The position numbers and the translations under genes were made by a program. Positions 12,712 to 26,450 of a stretch of DNA of 64,000 bases are shown here, piece by piece. Below the pieces are notes generated by a model that was not told where the DNA came from, ran no database searches, and worked only from the letters and a program-made list of their open reading frames with translations. The stretch spans positions 436,852,001 through 436,916,000 of the forward strand of contig OZ024740.1 in the NCBI GenBank assembly GCA_964016885.1. The letters run 5' to 3'. Position 1 is the stretch's first letter. Each line of letters starts with the position of its first letter. The stretch comes from Eledone cirrhosa (Eukaryota).

Positions 12712-15700
12712 TCTGTGATAATCCCTCTCTGTTCACTACATATCAAGCAATTCCAGTGATAACCTCTCACTGTTCACTACATGTCAAGCTATTTCTGTGA
12801 TAACCCCTCACTGTTCACTACATGTCAAGCTCTTTCTGTGATAACCCCTCACTGTTCACTACATGCAAGCTATTTCTGTGATAACCCTTCACTGTTCACT
12901 ACTTGTCAAGCTATTTGTGTGATAACCTCTCACTGTTCACTATATGTCAAGCTATTTCTGTGATAACCCCTCACTGTTCACTACATGTCAAGCTATTTCT
13001 GTGATAACCCCTCATTGTTCACTACATGTCAAGCTATTTCTGTAATTACCCCTCACTGTTCACTACATGTCACGCTCTTTCTGTGATAACCTGTCACTGT
13101 TCACTACATGTCAAGCTATTTCTGTGATAACCTCTCACTGTTCACTACATGTCAAGCTATTTCTGTGATAACCCCTCACTCTTCACTACATGTCAAGCTA
13201 TTTATGTGCTAATCCCTCACTGTTCACTACATGTCAAGCTATTTCTGTGATAATCCCTCACTGTTCACTACATGTCAAGCTATTTCAGTGATAACGCCTC
13301 ACTGTTCACTCCATGTCAAGCTATTTCCGGTGATTACCCCTCACTGTTCACTATATGTCAAGCTATTTCTGTGATAACCCCTCACTGTTCTCTACATGTC
13401 AATATATTTATGTGATAACCCCTCACTGTTCACTACACGTCAAGCTATTTCTGTGATAACCCCTCACTCTTCACTACATGTCAAGCTAATTCTGTGATAA
13501 CCCCTCACTGTTCATTACATGTCAAGCTCTTTCTGTGATAACTTCTCACTGTTTACTACATGTCAAGCTATTTCTGTGATAACCTCTCACTGTTCACTAC
13601 ATGTCAAGCTATTTCTGTGATAACCCCTCACTGTTCACTAGATGTCAAGCTAATTCTGTGATAACCCCTCACTGTTCACTACATGTCAAGCTATTACTGT
13701 GATAACCTTTCACTGTTCACTACATGTCAAGGTATTTCTGTGATAACCTCTCACTGTTCACTACATGTCAAGCTATTTCTGTGATAAGCCCTCACTGTTC
13801 ACTACATGTCAAGCTAATTCTGTGATAACCCCTCACTGTTCACTACATGTCAAGCTATTACTGTGATAACCTTTCACTGTTCTCTACATGTCAAGCTATT
13901 TGTGTGATAACCTCTCACTGTTCACTACATGTCAAGCTATTTCTGTGATATCCCCTCACTGTTCACTACATGTCAAGCTATTTCTGTGATAACCCCTCAT
14001 TGTTCACTACATGTCAAGCTATTTCTGTAATTACGCCTCACTGTTCACTACATGTCAAGCTATTTCTGTGATAACCCCTCACTGTTCTCTACATGTCAAT
14101 CTATTTCTGTAATAACCCCTCACTGTTCACTACATGTCAAGCTATTTCTGTAATAACCACTCACTGTTCACTATATGTCAAGCTATTTATATGATAACCC
14201 CTCACTGTTCTCTACATGTCAAGCTATTTCTGTAATAACCCCTCACTGTTCACTACAGGTCAAGCTATTTCTGTGATAAACCCTCACTGTTCACTACATG
14301 TCAAGCTATTTCTGTGATAATCCCTCACTGTTCACTACATGTCAAGCTATTTCTGTGATAACCCCTAACTGTTCACTACATGTCAACTATTTATGTGATA
14401 ATCCCTCACTGTTCACTATATGTCAAGCTATTTCTGTGATAACCCCTCACTTTTCACTACATGTCAAGCTATTTCTGTGATAACCCCTCACTGTTCAGTA
14501 CATATCAAGCTATTTCTTTGATAACCCCTCACTTTTCACTACATGTCAAGCTATTTCTGTGATAACGCCTCATTGTTCACTACATGTCAAGCTATTTCTG
14601 TGATAAACCGTCACTGTTCACTACATGTCAAGCTATTTCTGTGATAACCCCTCACTGTTCACTACATGTCATGCTATTTCTGTGATAACCTCTCACTGTT
14701 CACTAGATGTTAAGCTATTTCTGTGATAACCCTTCACTGTTCACTATATGTCAAGCTATTTCTGTGATAACCCCTCAATGTTCACTACATGTCAAACTAT
14801 TTCTGTGATAACCCATCACTGTTCTCTACATGTCAATATATTTATGTGATTACCCCTCACTGTTCACTATATGTCAAGCTATTTCTGTGATAACCCCTCA
14901 CTCTTCACTACATGTCAATATATTTATGTGATAACCCCTCACTGTTCACTACATGTCAAGCTATTTCTGTGATAACCCCTCACTCTTCACTACATGTCAA
15001 GCTAATTCTGTGATAACCCCTCACTGTTCACTACATGTCAAGCTCTTTCTGTGATAACTTCTCACTGTTTACTACATGTCAAGCTATTTCTGTGATAACC
15101 TCTCACTGTTCACTACATGTCAAGCTATTTCTGTGATAACCCCTCACTGTTCACTACATGTCAAGCAATTTCTGTGATAACCCCTCACTGTTCACTAGAT
15201 GTCAAGCTAATTCTGTGATAACCCCTCACTGTTCACTACATGTCAAGCTATTACTGTGATAACCTTTCACTGTTCACTACATGTCAAGGTATTTCTGTGA
15301 TAACCTCTCACTGTTCACTACACGTCAAGCTATTTCTGTGATAAGCCCTCACTGTTCACTACATGTCAAGCTAATTCTGTGATAACCCCTCACTGTTCAC
15401 TACATGTCAAGCTATTACTGTGATAACCTTTCACTGTTCTCTACATGTCAAGCTATTTGTGTGATAACCTCTCACTGTTCACTACATGTCAAGCTATTTC
15501 TGTGATAACCCCTCACTGTTCACTACATGTCAAGCTATTTCTGTGATAACCCCTCATTGTTCACTACATGTCAAGCTATTTCTGTAATTACGCCTCACTG
15601 TTCACTACATGTCAAGCTATTTCTGTGATAACCCCTCACTGTTCTCTACATGTCAAGCTATTTCTGTAATAACCCCTCACTGTTCACTACATGTCAAGCT

Positions 15701-18700
15701 ATTTCTGTAATAACCACTCACTGTTCACTATATGTCAAGCTATTTATATGATAACCCCTCACTGTTCTCTACATGTCAAGCTATTTCTGTAATAACCCCT
15801 CACTGTTCACTACAGGTCAAGCTATTTCTGTGATAAACCCTCACTGTTCACTACATGTCAAGCTATTTCTGTGATAATCCCTCACTGTTCACTACATGTC
15901 AAGCTATTTCTGTGATAACACCTAACTGTTCACTACATGTCAACTATTTATGTGATAATCCCTCACTGTTCACTATATGTCAAGCTATTTCTGTGATAAC
16001 CCCTCACTTTTCACTACATGTCAAGCTATTTCTGTGATAACCCCTCACTGTTCAGTACATATCAAGCTATTTCTTTGATAACCCCTCACTTTTCACTACA
16101 TGTCAAGCTATTTCTGTGATAACGCCTCATTGTTCACTACATGTCAAGCTATTTCTGTGATAAACCGTCACTGTTCACTACATGTCAAGCTATTTCTGTG
16201 GTAACCCCTCACTGTTCACTACATGTCACGCTATTTCTGTGATAACCTCTCACTGTTCACTAGATGTCAAGCTATTTCTGTGATAACCCTTCACTGTTCA
16301 CTATATGTCAAGCTATTTCTGTGATAACCACTCAATGTTCACTACATGTCAAACTATTTCTGTGATAACCCATCACTGTTCACTACATGTCAAGCTATTT
16401 CCGGTGATTACCCCTCACTGTTCACTATATGTCAAGCTATTTCTGTGATTACCCCTCACTGTTCACTACATGTCAATCTATTTCTGTGATAATCCCTCAC
16501 TGTTCACTACATGTCAAGCTATTTCTGTGAAAACCCCTCACTGTTCTCTACATGTCAAGCTATTTCTGTGATAACCCCTCACTGTTCACTACATGTCAAG
16601 CAATTTCTGTGATAACCCCTCACTGTTCACTACATCTCAAGCTATTTCTTTGATAATCCCTCACTGTTCACTACATGTCAAGCTATTTCCGGTGATTGCC
16701 CCTCACTGTTCACTATATGTCAAGCTATTTCTGTGATAACCCCTCACTGTTCACTACATGTCAAGCAATTTCTGTGATAACCCCTCACTGTTCAGTACAT
16801 ATCAAGCTATTTCTGTGATAACCCCTCACTGTTCACTACATGTCAAGCTATTTCTGTGATAACGCCTCACTGTTCACTATATGTCAAGCTATTTCTGTGA
16901 TAACCCCTCATTGTTCACTACATGTCAAGCTATTTCTGTGATAACCTTTCACTGTTCTCTACATGTCAAGCTATTTGTGTGATAACCTCTCACTGTTCAC
17001 TACATGTCAAGCTATTTCTGTGATAACCCCTCACTGTTCACTACATGTCAAGCTATTTCTGTGATAACCCCTCATTGTTCACTACATGTCAAGCTATTTC
17101 TGTAATTACGCCTCACTGTTCACTATATGTCAAGCTATTTCTGTGATAACCCCTCACTGTTCTCTACATGTCAAGCTATTTCTGTAATAACCCCTCACTG
17201 TTCACTACATGTCAAGCTATTTCTGTAATAACCACTCACTGTTCACTATATGTCAAGCTATTTATATGATAACCCCTCACTGTTCTCTACATGTCAAGCT
17301 ATTTCTGTAATAACCCCTCACTGTTCACTACATGTCAAGCTATTTCTGTGATAATCCCTCACTGTTCACTACATGTCAAGCTATTTCTGTGATAACCCCT
17401 CACTGTTCACTACATGTCAACTATTTATGTGATAATCCCTCACTGTTCACTATATGTCAAGCTATTTCTGTGATAACCCCTCACTTTTCACTACATGTCA
17501 AGCTATTTCTGTGATAACCCCTCACTGTTCAGTACATATCAAGCTATTTCTTTGATAACCCCTCACTTTTCACTACATGTCAAGCTATTTCTGTGATAAC
17601 GCCTCATTGTTCACTACATGTCAAGCTATTTCTGTGATAAACCGTCACTGTTCACTACATGTCAAGCTATTTCTGTGATAACCCCTCACTGTTCACTACA
17701 TGTCACGCTATTTCTGTGATAACCTCTCACTGTTCACTAGATGTCAAGCTATTTCTGTGATAACCCTTCACTGTTCACTATATGTCAAGCTATTTCTGTG
17801 ATAACCCCTCAATGTTCACTACATGTCAAACTATTTCTGTGATAACCCATCACTGTTCACTACATGTCAAGCTATTTCCGGTGATTACCCCTCACTGTTC
17901 ACTATATGTCAAGCTATTTCTGTGATTACCCCTCACTGTTCACTACATGTCAATCTATTTCTGTGATAATCCCTCACTGTTCACTACATGTCAAGCTATT
18001 TCTGTGAAAACCCCTCACTGTTCTCTACATGTCAAGCTATTTCTGTAATAACCCCTCACTGTTCACTACATGTCAAGCTATTTCTGTAATAACCACTCAC
18101 TGTTCACTATATGTCAAGCTATTCATGTGATAACCCCTCACTGTTCTCTACATGTCAAGCTATTTCTGTAATAACCCCTCACTGTTCACTACATGTCAAG
18201 CAATTTCTGTGTTAACCCCTCACTGTTCACTACATCTCAAGCTATTTCTTTGATAATCCCTCACTGTTCACTACATGTCAAGCTATTTCCGGTGATTGCC
18301 CCTCACTGTTCACTATATGTCAAGCTATTTCTGTGATAACCCCTCACTGTTCACTACATGTCAAGCTATTTCTGTGATAACCCCTCACTGTTCAGTACAT
18401 ATCAAGCTATTTCTGTGATAACCCCTCACTGTTCACTACATGTCAAGCTATTTCTGTGATAACGCCTTACTGTTCAGTACATATCAAGCTATTTCTGTGA
18501 TAAGCCGTCACTGTTCACTACATGTCAAGCTATTTCTGTGATAACTTCTCACTGTTCACTACATGTCAAGCTATTTCTGTGATAACCTCTCACTGTTCAC
18601 TACATGTCAAGCTATTTCTGTGATAACCCCTCACTGTTCACTACATGTCAAGCTATTTCTGTGATAACCCATCACTGTTCACTACATGTAAAGCTATTTC

Positions 18701-21700
18701 TGTAATAACCTCTCACTGTTCACTACATGTCAAGCTATTTGTGTGATAACCTCTCACTGTTCACTACATGTCTAGCTATTTCTGTGATAACCCCTCACTG
18801 TTCACTACATGTCAAGCTATTTCTGTGATTACCCCTCACTGTTCACTACATGTCAATCTATTTCTGTGATAATCCCTCACTGTTCACTACATGTCAAGCT
18901 ATTTCTGTGAAAACCCCTCACTGTTCTCTACATGTCAAGCTATTTCTGTAATAACCCCTCACTGTTCACTACATGTCAAGCTATTTCTGTAATAATCCCT
19001 CACAGTTCACTACATGTCAATCTATTTCTGTGAAAACCCCTCACTGTTCACTACATGTCAAGCTATTTCTGTGATAACCTCTCACTCTTCACTACATGTC
19101 AAGCTATTTGTGGGATAACCTCTCACTGTTCACTACATGTCAAGCTATTTCTGTGATAACCCGTGACTGTTCACTACATGTCAAGCTATTTGGGTGATAA
19201 TCCCTCACTGTTCATTACATATCAAGCTATTTCTGTGATAACCCCTCAATGTTCACTACATGTCAAGCTATTTCTGTGATAACGCCTCACTGTTCACTAC
19301 ATGTCAAGCTATTTCTGTGATAACCCCTCATTGTTCACTACATGTCAAGCTATTTCTGTGATAACCTTTCACTGTTCTCTACATGTCAAGCTATTTGTGT
19401 GATAACCTCTCACTGTTCACTACATGTCAAGCTATTTCTGTGATAACCCCTCACTGTTCACTACATGTCAAGCTATTTCTGTGATAACCCCTCATTGTTC
19501 ACTACATGTCAAGCTATTTCTGTAATTACGCCTCACTGTTCACTACATGTCAAGCTATTTCTGTGATAATCCCTCTCTGTTCACTACATATCAAGCAATT
19601 CCAGTGATAACCTCTCACTGTTCACTACATGTCAAGCTATTTCTGTGATAACCCCTCACTGTTCACTACATGTCAAGCTCTTTCTGTGATAACCCCTCAC
19701 TGTTCACTACATGCAAGCTATTTCTGTGATAACCCTTCACTGTTCACTACTTGTCAAGCTATTTGTGTGATAACCTCTCACTGTTCACTATATGTCAAGC
19801 TATTTCTGTGATAACCCCTCACTGTTCACTACATGTCAAGCTATTTCTGTGATAACCCCTCATTGTTCACTACATGTCAAGCTATTTCTGTAATTACCCC
19901 TCACTGTTCACTACATGTCACGCTCTTTCTGTGATAACCTGTCACTGTTCACTACATGTCAAGCTATTTCTGTGATAACCTCTCACTGTTCACTACATGT
20001 CAAGCTATTTCTGTGATAACCCCTCACTCTTCACTACATGTCAAGCTATTTATGTGCTAATCCCTCACTGTTCACTACATGTCAAGCTATTTCTGTGATA
20101 ATCCCTCACTGTTCACTACATGTCAAGCTATTTCAGTGATAACGCCTCACTGTTCACTCCATGTCAAGCTATTTCCGGTGATTACCCCTCACTGTTCACT
20201 ATATGTCAAGCTATTTCTGTGATAACCCCTCACTGTTCTCTACATGTCAATATATTTATGTGATAACCCCTCACTGTTCACTACATGTCAAGCTATTTCT
20301 GTGATAACCCCTCACTCTTCACTACATGTCAAGCTAATTCTGTGATAACCCCTCACTGTTCATTACATGTCAAGCTCTTTCTGTGATAACTTCTCACTGT
20401 TTACTACATGTCAAGCTATTTCTGTGATAACCTCTCACTGTTCACTACATGTCAAGCTATTTCTGTGATAACCCCTCACTGTTCACTACATGTCAATCAA
20501 TTTCTGTGATAACCCCTCACTGTTCACTAGATGTCAAGCTAATTCTGTGATAACCCCTCACTGTTCACTACATGTCAAGCTATTACTGTGATAACCTTTC
20601 ACTGTTCACTACATGTCAAGGTATTTCTGTGATAACCTCTCACTGTTCACTACATGTCAAGCTATTTCTGTGATAAGCCCTCACTGTTCACTACATGTCA
20701 AGCTAATTCTGTGATAACCCCTCACTGTTCACTACATGTCAAGCTATTACTGTGATAACCTTTCACTGTTCTCTACATGTCAAGCTATTTGTGTGATAAC
20801 CTCTCACTGTTCACTACATGTCAAGCTATTTCTGTGATATCCCCTCACTGTTCACTACATGTCAAGCTATTTCTGTGATAACCCCTCATTGTTCACTACA
20901 TGTCAAGCTATTTCTGTAATTACGCCTCACTGTTCACTACATGTCAAGCTATTTCTGTGATAACCCCTCACTGTTCTCTACATGTCAAGCTATTTCTGTA
21001 ATAACCCCTCACTGTTCACTACATGTCAAGCTATTTCTGTAATAACCACTCACTGTTCACTATATGTCAAGCTATTTATATGATAACCCCTCACTGTTCT
21101 CTACATGTCAAGCTATTTCTGTAATAACCCCTCACTGTTCACTACAGGTCAAGCTATTTCTGTGATAAACCCTCACTGTTCACTACATGTCAAGCTATTT
21201 CTGTGATAATCCCTCACTGTTCACTACATGTCAAGCTATTTCTGTGATAACCCCTAACTGTTCACTACATGTCAACTATTTATGTGATAATCCCTCACTG
21301 TTCACTATATGTCAAGCTATTTCTGTGATAACCCCTCACTTTTCACTACATGTCAAGCTATTTCTGTGATAACCCCTCACTGTTCAGTACATATCAAGCT
21401 ATTTCTTTGATAACCCCTCACTTTTCACTACATGTCAAGCTATTTCTGTGATAACGCCTCATTGTTCACTACATGTCAAGCTATTTCTGTGATAAACCGT
21501 CACTGTTCACTACATGTCAAGCTATTTCTGTGATAACCCCTCACTGTTCACTACATGTCATGCTATTTCTGTGATAACCTCTCACTGTTCACTAGATGTC
21601 AAGCTATTTCTGTGATAACCCTTCACTGTTCACTATATGTCAAGCTATTTCTGTGATAACCCCTCAATGTTCACTACATGTCAAACTATTTCTGTGATAA

Positions 21701-24700
21701 CCCATCACTGTTCTCTACATGTCAATATATTTATGTGATTACCCCTCACTGTTCACTATATGTCAAGCTATTTCTGTGATAACCCCTCACTCTTCACTAC
21801 ATGTCAATATATTTATGTGATAACCCCTCACTGTTCACTACATGTCAAGCTATTTCTGTGATAACCCCTCACTCTTCACTACATGTCAAGCTAATTCTGT
21901 GATAACCCCTCACTGTTCACTACATGTCAAGCTCTTTCTGTGATAACTTCTCACTGTTTACTACATGTCAAGCTATTTCTGTGATAACCTCTCACTGTTC
22001 ACTACATGTCAAGCTATTTCTGTGATAACCCCTCACTGTTCACTACATGTCAAGCAATTTCTGTGATAACCCCTCACTGTTCACTAGATGTCAAGCTAAT
22101 TCTGTGATAACCCCTCACTGTTCACTACATGTCAAGCTATTACTGTGATAACCTTTCACTGTTCACTACATGTCAAGGTATTTCTGTGATAACCTCTCAC
22201 TGTTCACTACACGTCAAGCTATTTCTGTGATAAGCCCTCACTGTTCACTACATGTCAAGCTAATTCTGTGATAACCCCTCACTGTTCACTACATGTCAAG
22301 CTATTACTGTGATAACCTTTCACTGTTCTCTACATGTCAAGCTATTTGTGTGATAACCTCTCACTGTTCACTACATGTCAAGCTATTTCTGTGATAACCC
22401 CTCACTGTTCACTACATGTCAAGCTATTTCTGTGATAACCCCTCATTGTTCACTACATGTCAAGCTATTTCTGTAATTACGCCTCACTGTTCACTACATG
22501 TCAAGCTATTTCTGTGATAACCCCTCACTGTTCTCTACATGTCAAGCTATTTCTGTAATAACCCCTCACTGTTCACTACATGTCAAGCTATTTCTGTAAT
22601 AACCACTCACTGTTCACTATATGTCAAGCTATTTATATGATAACCCCTCACTGTTCTCTACATGTCAAGCTATTTCTGTAATAACCCCTCACTGTTCACT
22701 ACAGGTCAAGCTATTTCTGTGATAAACCCTCACTGTTCACTACATGTCAAGCTATTTCTGTGATAATCCCTCACTGTTCACTACATGTCAAGCTATTTCT
22801 GTGATAACACCTAACTGTTCACTACATGTCAACTATTTATGTGATAATCCCTCACTGTTCACTATATGTCAAGCTATTTCTGTGATAACCCCTCACTTTT
22901 CACTACATGTCAAGCTATTTCTGTGATAACCCCTCACTGTTCAGTACATATCAAGCTATTTCTTTGATAACCCCTCACTTTTCACTACATGTCAAGCTAT
23001 TTCTGTGATAACGCCTCATTGTTCACTACATGTCAAGCTATTTCTGTGATAAACCGTCACTGTTCACTACATGTCAAGCTATTTCTGTGATAACCCCTCA
23101 CTGTTCACTACATGTCACGCTATTTCTGTGATAACCTCTCACTGTTCACTAGATGTCAAGCTATTTCTGTGATAACCCTTCACTGTTCACTATATGTCAA
23201 GCTATTTCTGTGATAACCCCTCAATGTTCACTACATGTCAAACTATTTCTGTGATAACCCATCACTGTTCACTACATGTCAAGCTATTTCCGGTGATTAC
23301 CCCTCACTGTTCACTATATGTCAAGCTATTTCTGTGATTACCCCTCACTGTTCACTACATGTCAATCTATTTCTGTGATAATCCCTCACTGTTCACTACA
23401 TGTCAAGCTATTTCTGTGAAAACCCCTCACTGTTCTCTACATGTCAAGCTATTTCTGTGATAACCCCTCACTGTTCACTACATGTCAAGCAATTTCTGTG
23501 ATAACCCCTCACTGTTCACTACATCTCAAGCTATTTCTTTGATAATCCCTCACTGTTCACTACATGTCAAGCTATTTCCGGTGATTGCCCCTCACTGTTC
23601 ACTATATGTCAAGCTATTTCTGTGATAACCCCTCACTGTTCACTACATGTCAAGCTATTTCTGTGATAACCCCTCACTGTTCAGTACATATCAAGCTATT
23701 TCTGTGATAACCCCTCACTGTTCACTACATGTCAAGCTATTTCTGTGATAACGCCTCACTGTTCACTATATGTCAAGCTATTTCTGTGATAACCCCTCAT
23801 TGTTCACTACATGTCAAGCTATTTCTGTGATAACCTTTCACTGTTCTCTACATGTCAAGCTATTTGTGTGATAACCTCTCACTGTTCACTACATGTCAAG
23901 CTATTTCTGTGATAACCCCTCACTGTTCACTACATGTCAAGCTATTTCTGTGATAACCCCTCATTGTTCACTACATGTCAAGCTATTTCTGTAATTACGC
24001 CTCACTGTTCACTATATGTCAAGCTATTTCTGTGATAACCCCTCACTGTTCTCTACATGTCAAGCTATTTCTGTAATAACCCCTCACTGTTCACTACATG
24101 TCAAGCTATTTCTGTAATAACCACTCACTGTTCACTATATGTCAAGCTATTTATATGATAACCCCTCACTGTTCTCTACATGTCAAGCTATTTCTGTAAT
24201 AACCCCTCACTGTTCACTACATGTCAAGCTATTTCTGTGATAATCCCTCACTGTTCACTACATGTCAAGCTATTTCTGTGATAACCCCTCACTGTTCACT
24301 ACATGTCAACTATTTATGTGATAATCCCTCACTGTTCACTATATGTCAAGCTATTTCTGTGATAACCCCTCACTTTTCACTACATGTCAAGCTATTTCTG
24401 TGATAACCCCTCACTGTTCAGTACATATCAAGCTATTTCTTTGATAACCCCTCACTTTTCACTACATGTCAAGCTATTTCTGTGATAACGCCTCATTGTT
24501 CACTACATGTCAAGCTATTTCTGTGATAAACCGTCACTGTTCACTACATGTCAAGCTATTTCTGTGATAACCCCTCACTGTTCACTACATGTCACGCTAT
24601 TTCTGTGATAACCTCTCACTGTTCACTAGATGTCAAGCTATTTCTGTGATAACCCTTCACTGTTCACTATATGTCAAGCTATTTCTGTGATAACCCCTCA

Positions 24701-26450
24701 ATGTTCACTACATGTCAAACTATTTCTGTGATAACCCATCACTGTTCACTACATGTCAAGCTATTTCCGGTGATTACCCCTCACTGTTCACTATATGTCA
24801 AGCTATTTCTGTGATTACCCCTCACTGTTCACTACATGTCAATCTATTTCTGTGATAATCCCTCACTGTTCACTACATGTCAAGCTATTTCTGTGAAAAC
24901 CCCTCACTGTTCTCTACATGTCAAGCTATTTCTGTAATAACCCCTCACTGTTCACTACATGTCAAGCTATTTCTGTAATAACCACTCACTGTTCACTATA
25001 TGTCAAGCTATTCATGTGATAACCCCTCACTGTTCTCTACATGTCAAGCTATTTCTGTAATAACCCCTCACTGTTCACTACATGTCAAGCAATTTCTGTG
25101 TTAACCCCTCACTGTTCACTACATCTCAAGCTATTTCTTTGATAATCCCTCACTGTTCACTACATGTCAAGCTATTTCCGGTGATTGCCCCTCACTGTTC
25201 ACTATATGTCAAGCTATTTCTGTGATAACCCCTCACTGTTCACTACATGTCAAGCTATTTCTGTGATAACCCCTCACTGTTCAGTACATATCAAGCTATT
25301 TCTGTGATAACCCCTCACTGTTCACTACATGTCAAGCTATTTCTGTGATAACGCCTTACTGTTCAGTACATATCAAGCTATTTCTGTGATAAGCCGTCAC
25401 TGTTCACTACATGTCAAGCTATTTCTGTGATAACTTCTCACTGTTCACTACATGTCAAGCTATTTCTGTGATAACCTCTCACTGTTCACTACATGTCAAG
25501 CTATTTCTGTGATAACCCCTCACTGTTCACTACATGTCAAGCTATTTCTGTGATAACCCATCACTGTTCACTACATGTAAAGCTATTTCTGTAATAACCT
25601 CTCACTGTTCACTACATGTCAAGCTATTTGTGTGATAACCTCTCACTGTTCACTACATGTCTAGCTATTTCTGTGATAACCCCTCACTGTTCACTACATG
25701 TCAAGCTATTTCTGTGATTACCCCTCACTGTTCACTACATGTCAATCTATTTCTGTGATAATCCCTCACTGTTCACTACATGTCAAGCTATTTCTGTGAA
25801 AACCCCTCACTGTTCTCTACATGTCAAGCTATTTCTGTAATAACCCCTCACTGTTCACTACATGTCAAGCTATTTCTGTAATAATCCCTCACAGTTCACT
25901 ACATGTCAATCTATTTCTGTGAAAACCCCTCACTGTTCACTACATGTCAAGCTATTTCTGTGATAACCTCTCACTCTTCACTACATGTCAAGCTATTTGT
26001 GGGATAACCTCTCACTGTTCACTACATGTCAAGCTATTTCTGTGATAACCCGTGACTGTTCACTACATGTCAAGCTATTTGGGTGATAATCCCTCACTGT
26101 TCATTACATATCAAGCTATTTCTGTGATAACCCCTCAATGTTCACTACATGTCAAGCTATTTCTGTGATAACGCCTCACTGTTCACTACATGTCAAGCTA
26201 TTTCTGTGATAACCCCTCATTGTTCACTACATGTCAAGCTATTTCTGTGATAACCTTTCACTGTTCTCTACATTTCAAGCTATTTGTGTGATAACCTCTC
26301 ACTGTTCACTACATGTCAAGCTATTTCTGTGATAACCCCTCACTGTTCACTACATGTCAAGCTATTTCTGTGATAACCCCTCATTGTTCACTACATGTCA
26401 AGCTATTTCTGTAATTACGCCTCACTGTTCACTACATGTCAAGCTATTTC
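12712..26450. repeat. Tandem duplication of a ~6.85-6.89-kb block (copy 1 ~12712-19560, copy 2 ~19561-26450)
   Basis: Identical ORF pairs: 12781/19629 (offset 6848) and 14298/21187, 15855/22744, 17332/24221 (offset 6889). Shared rare variants: GATATCCCC (~13947/~20836), GTCATGCT, AACACCTAACT. Confidence 0.88.
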
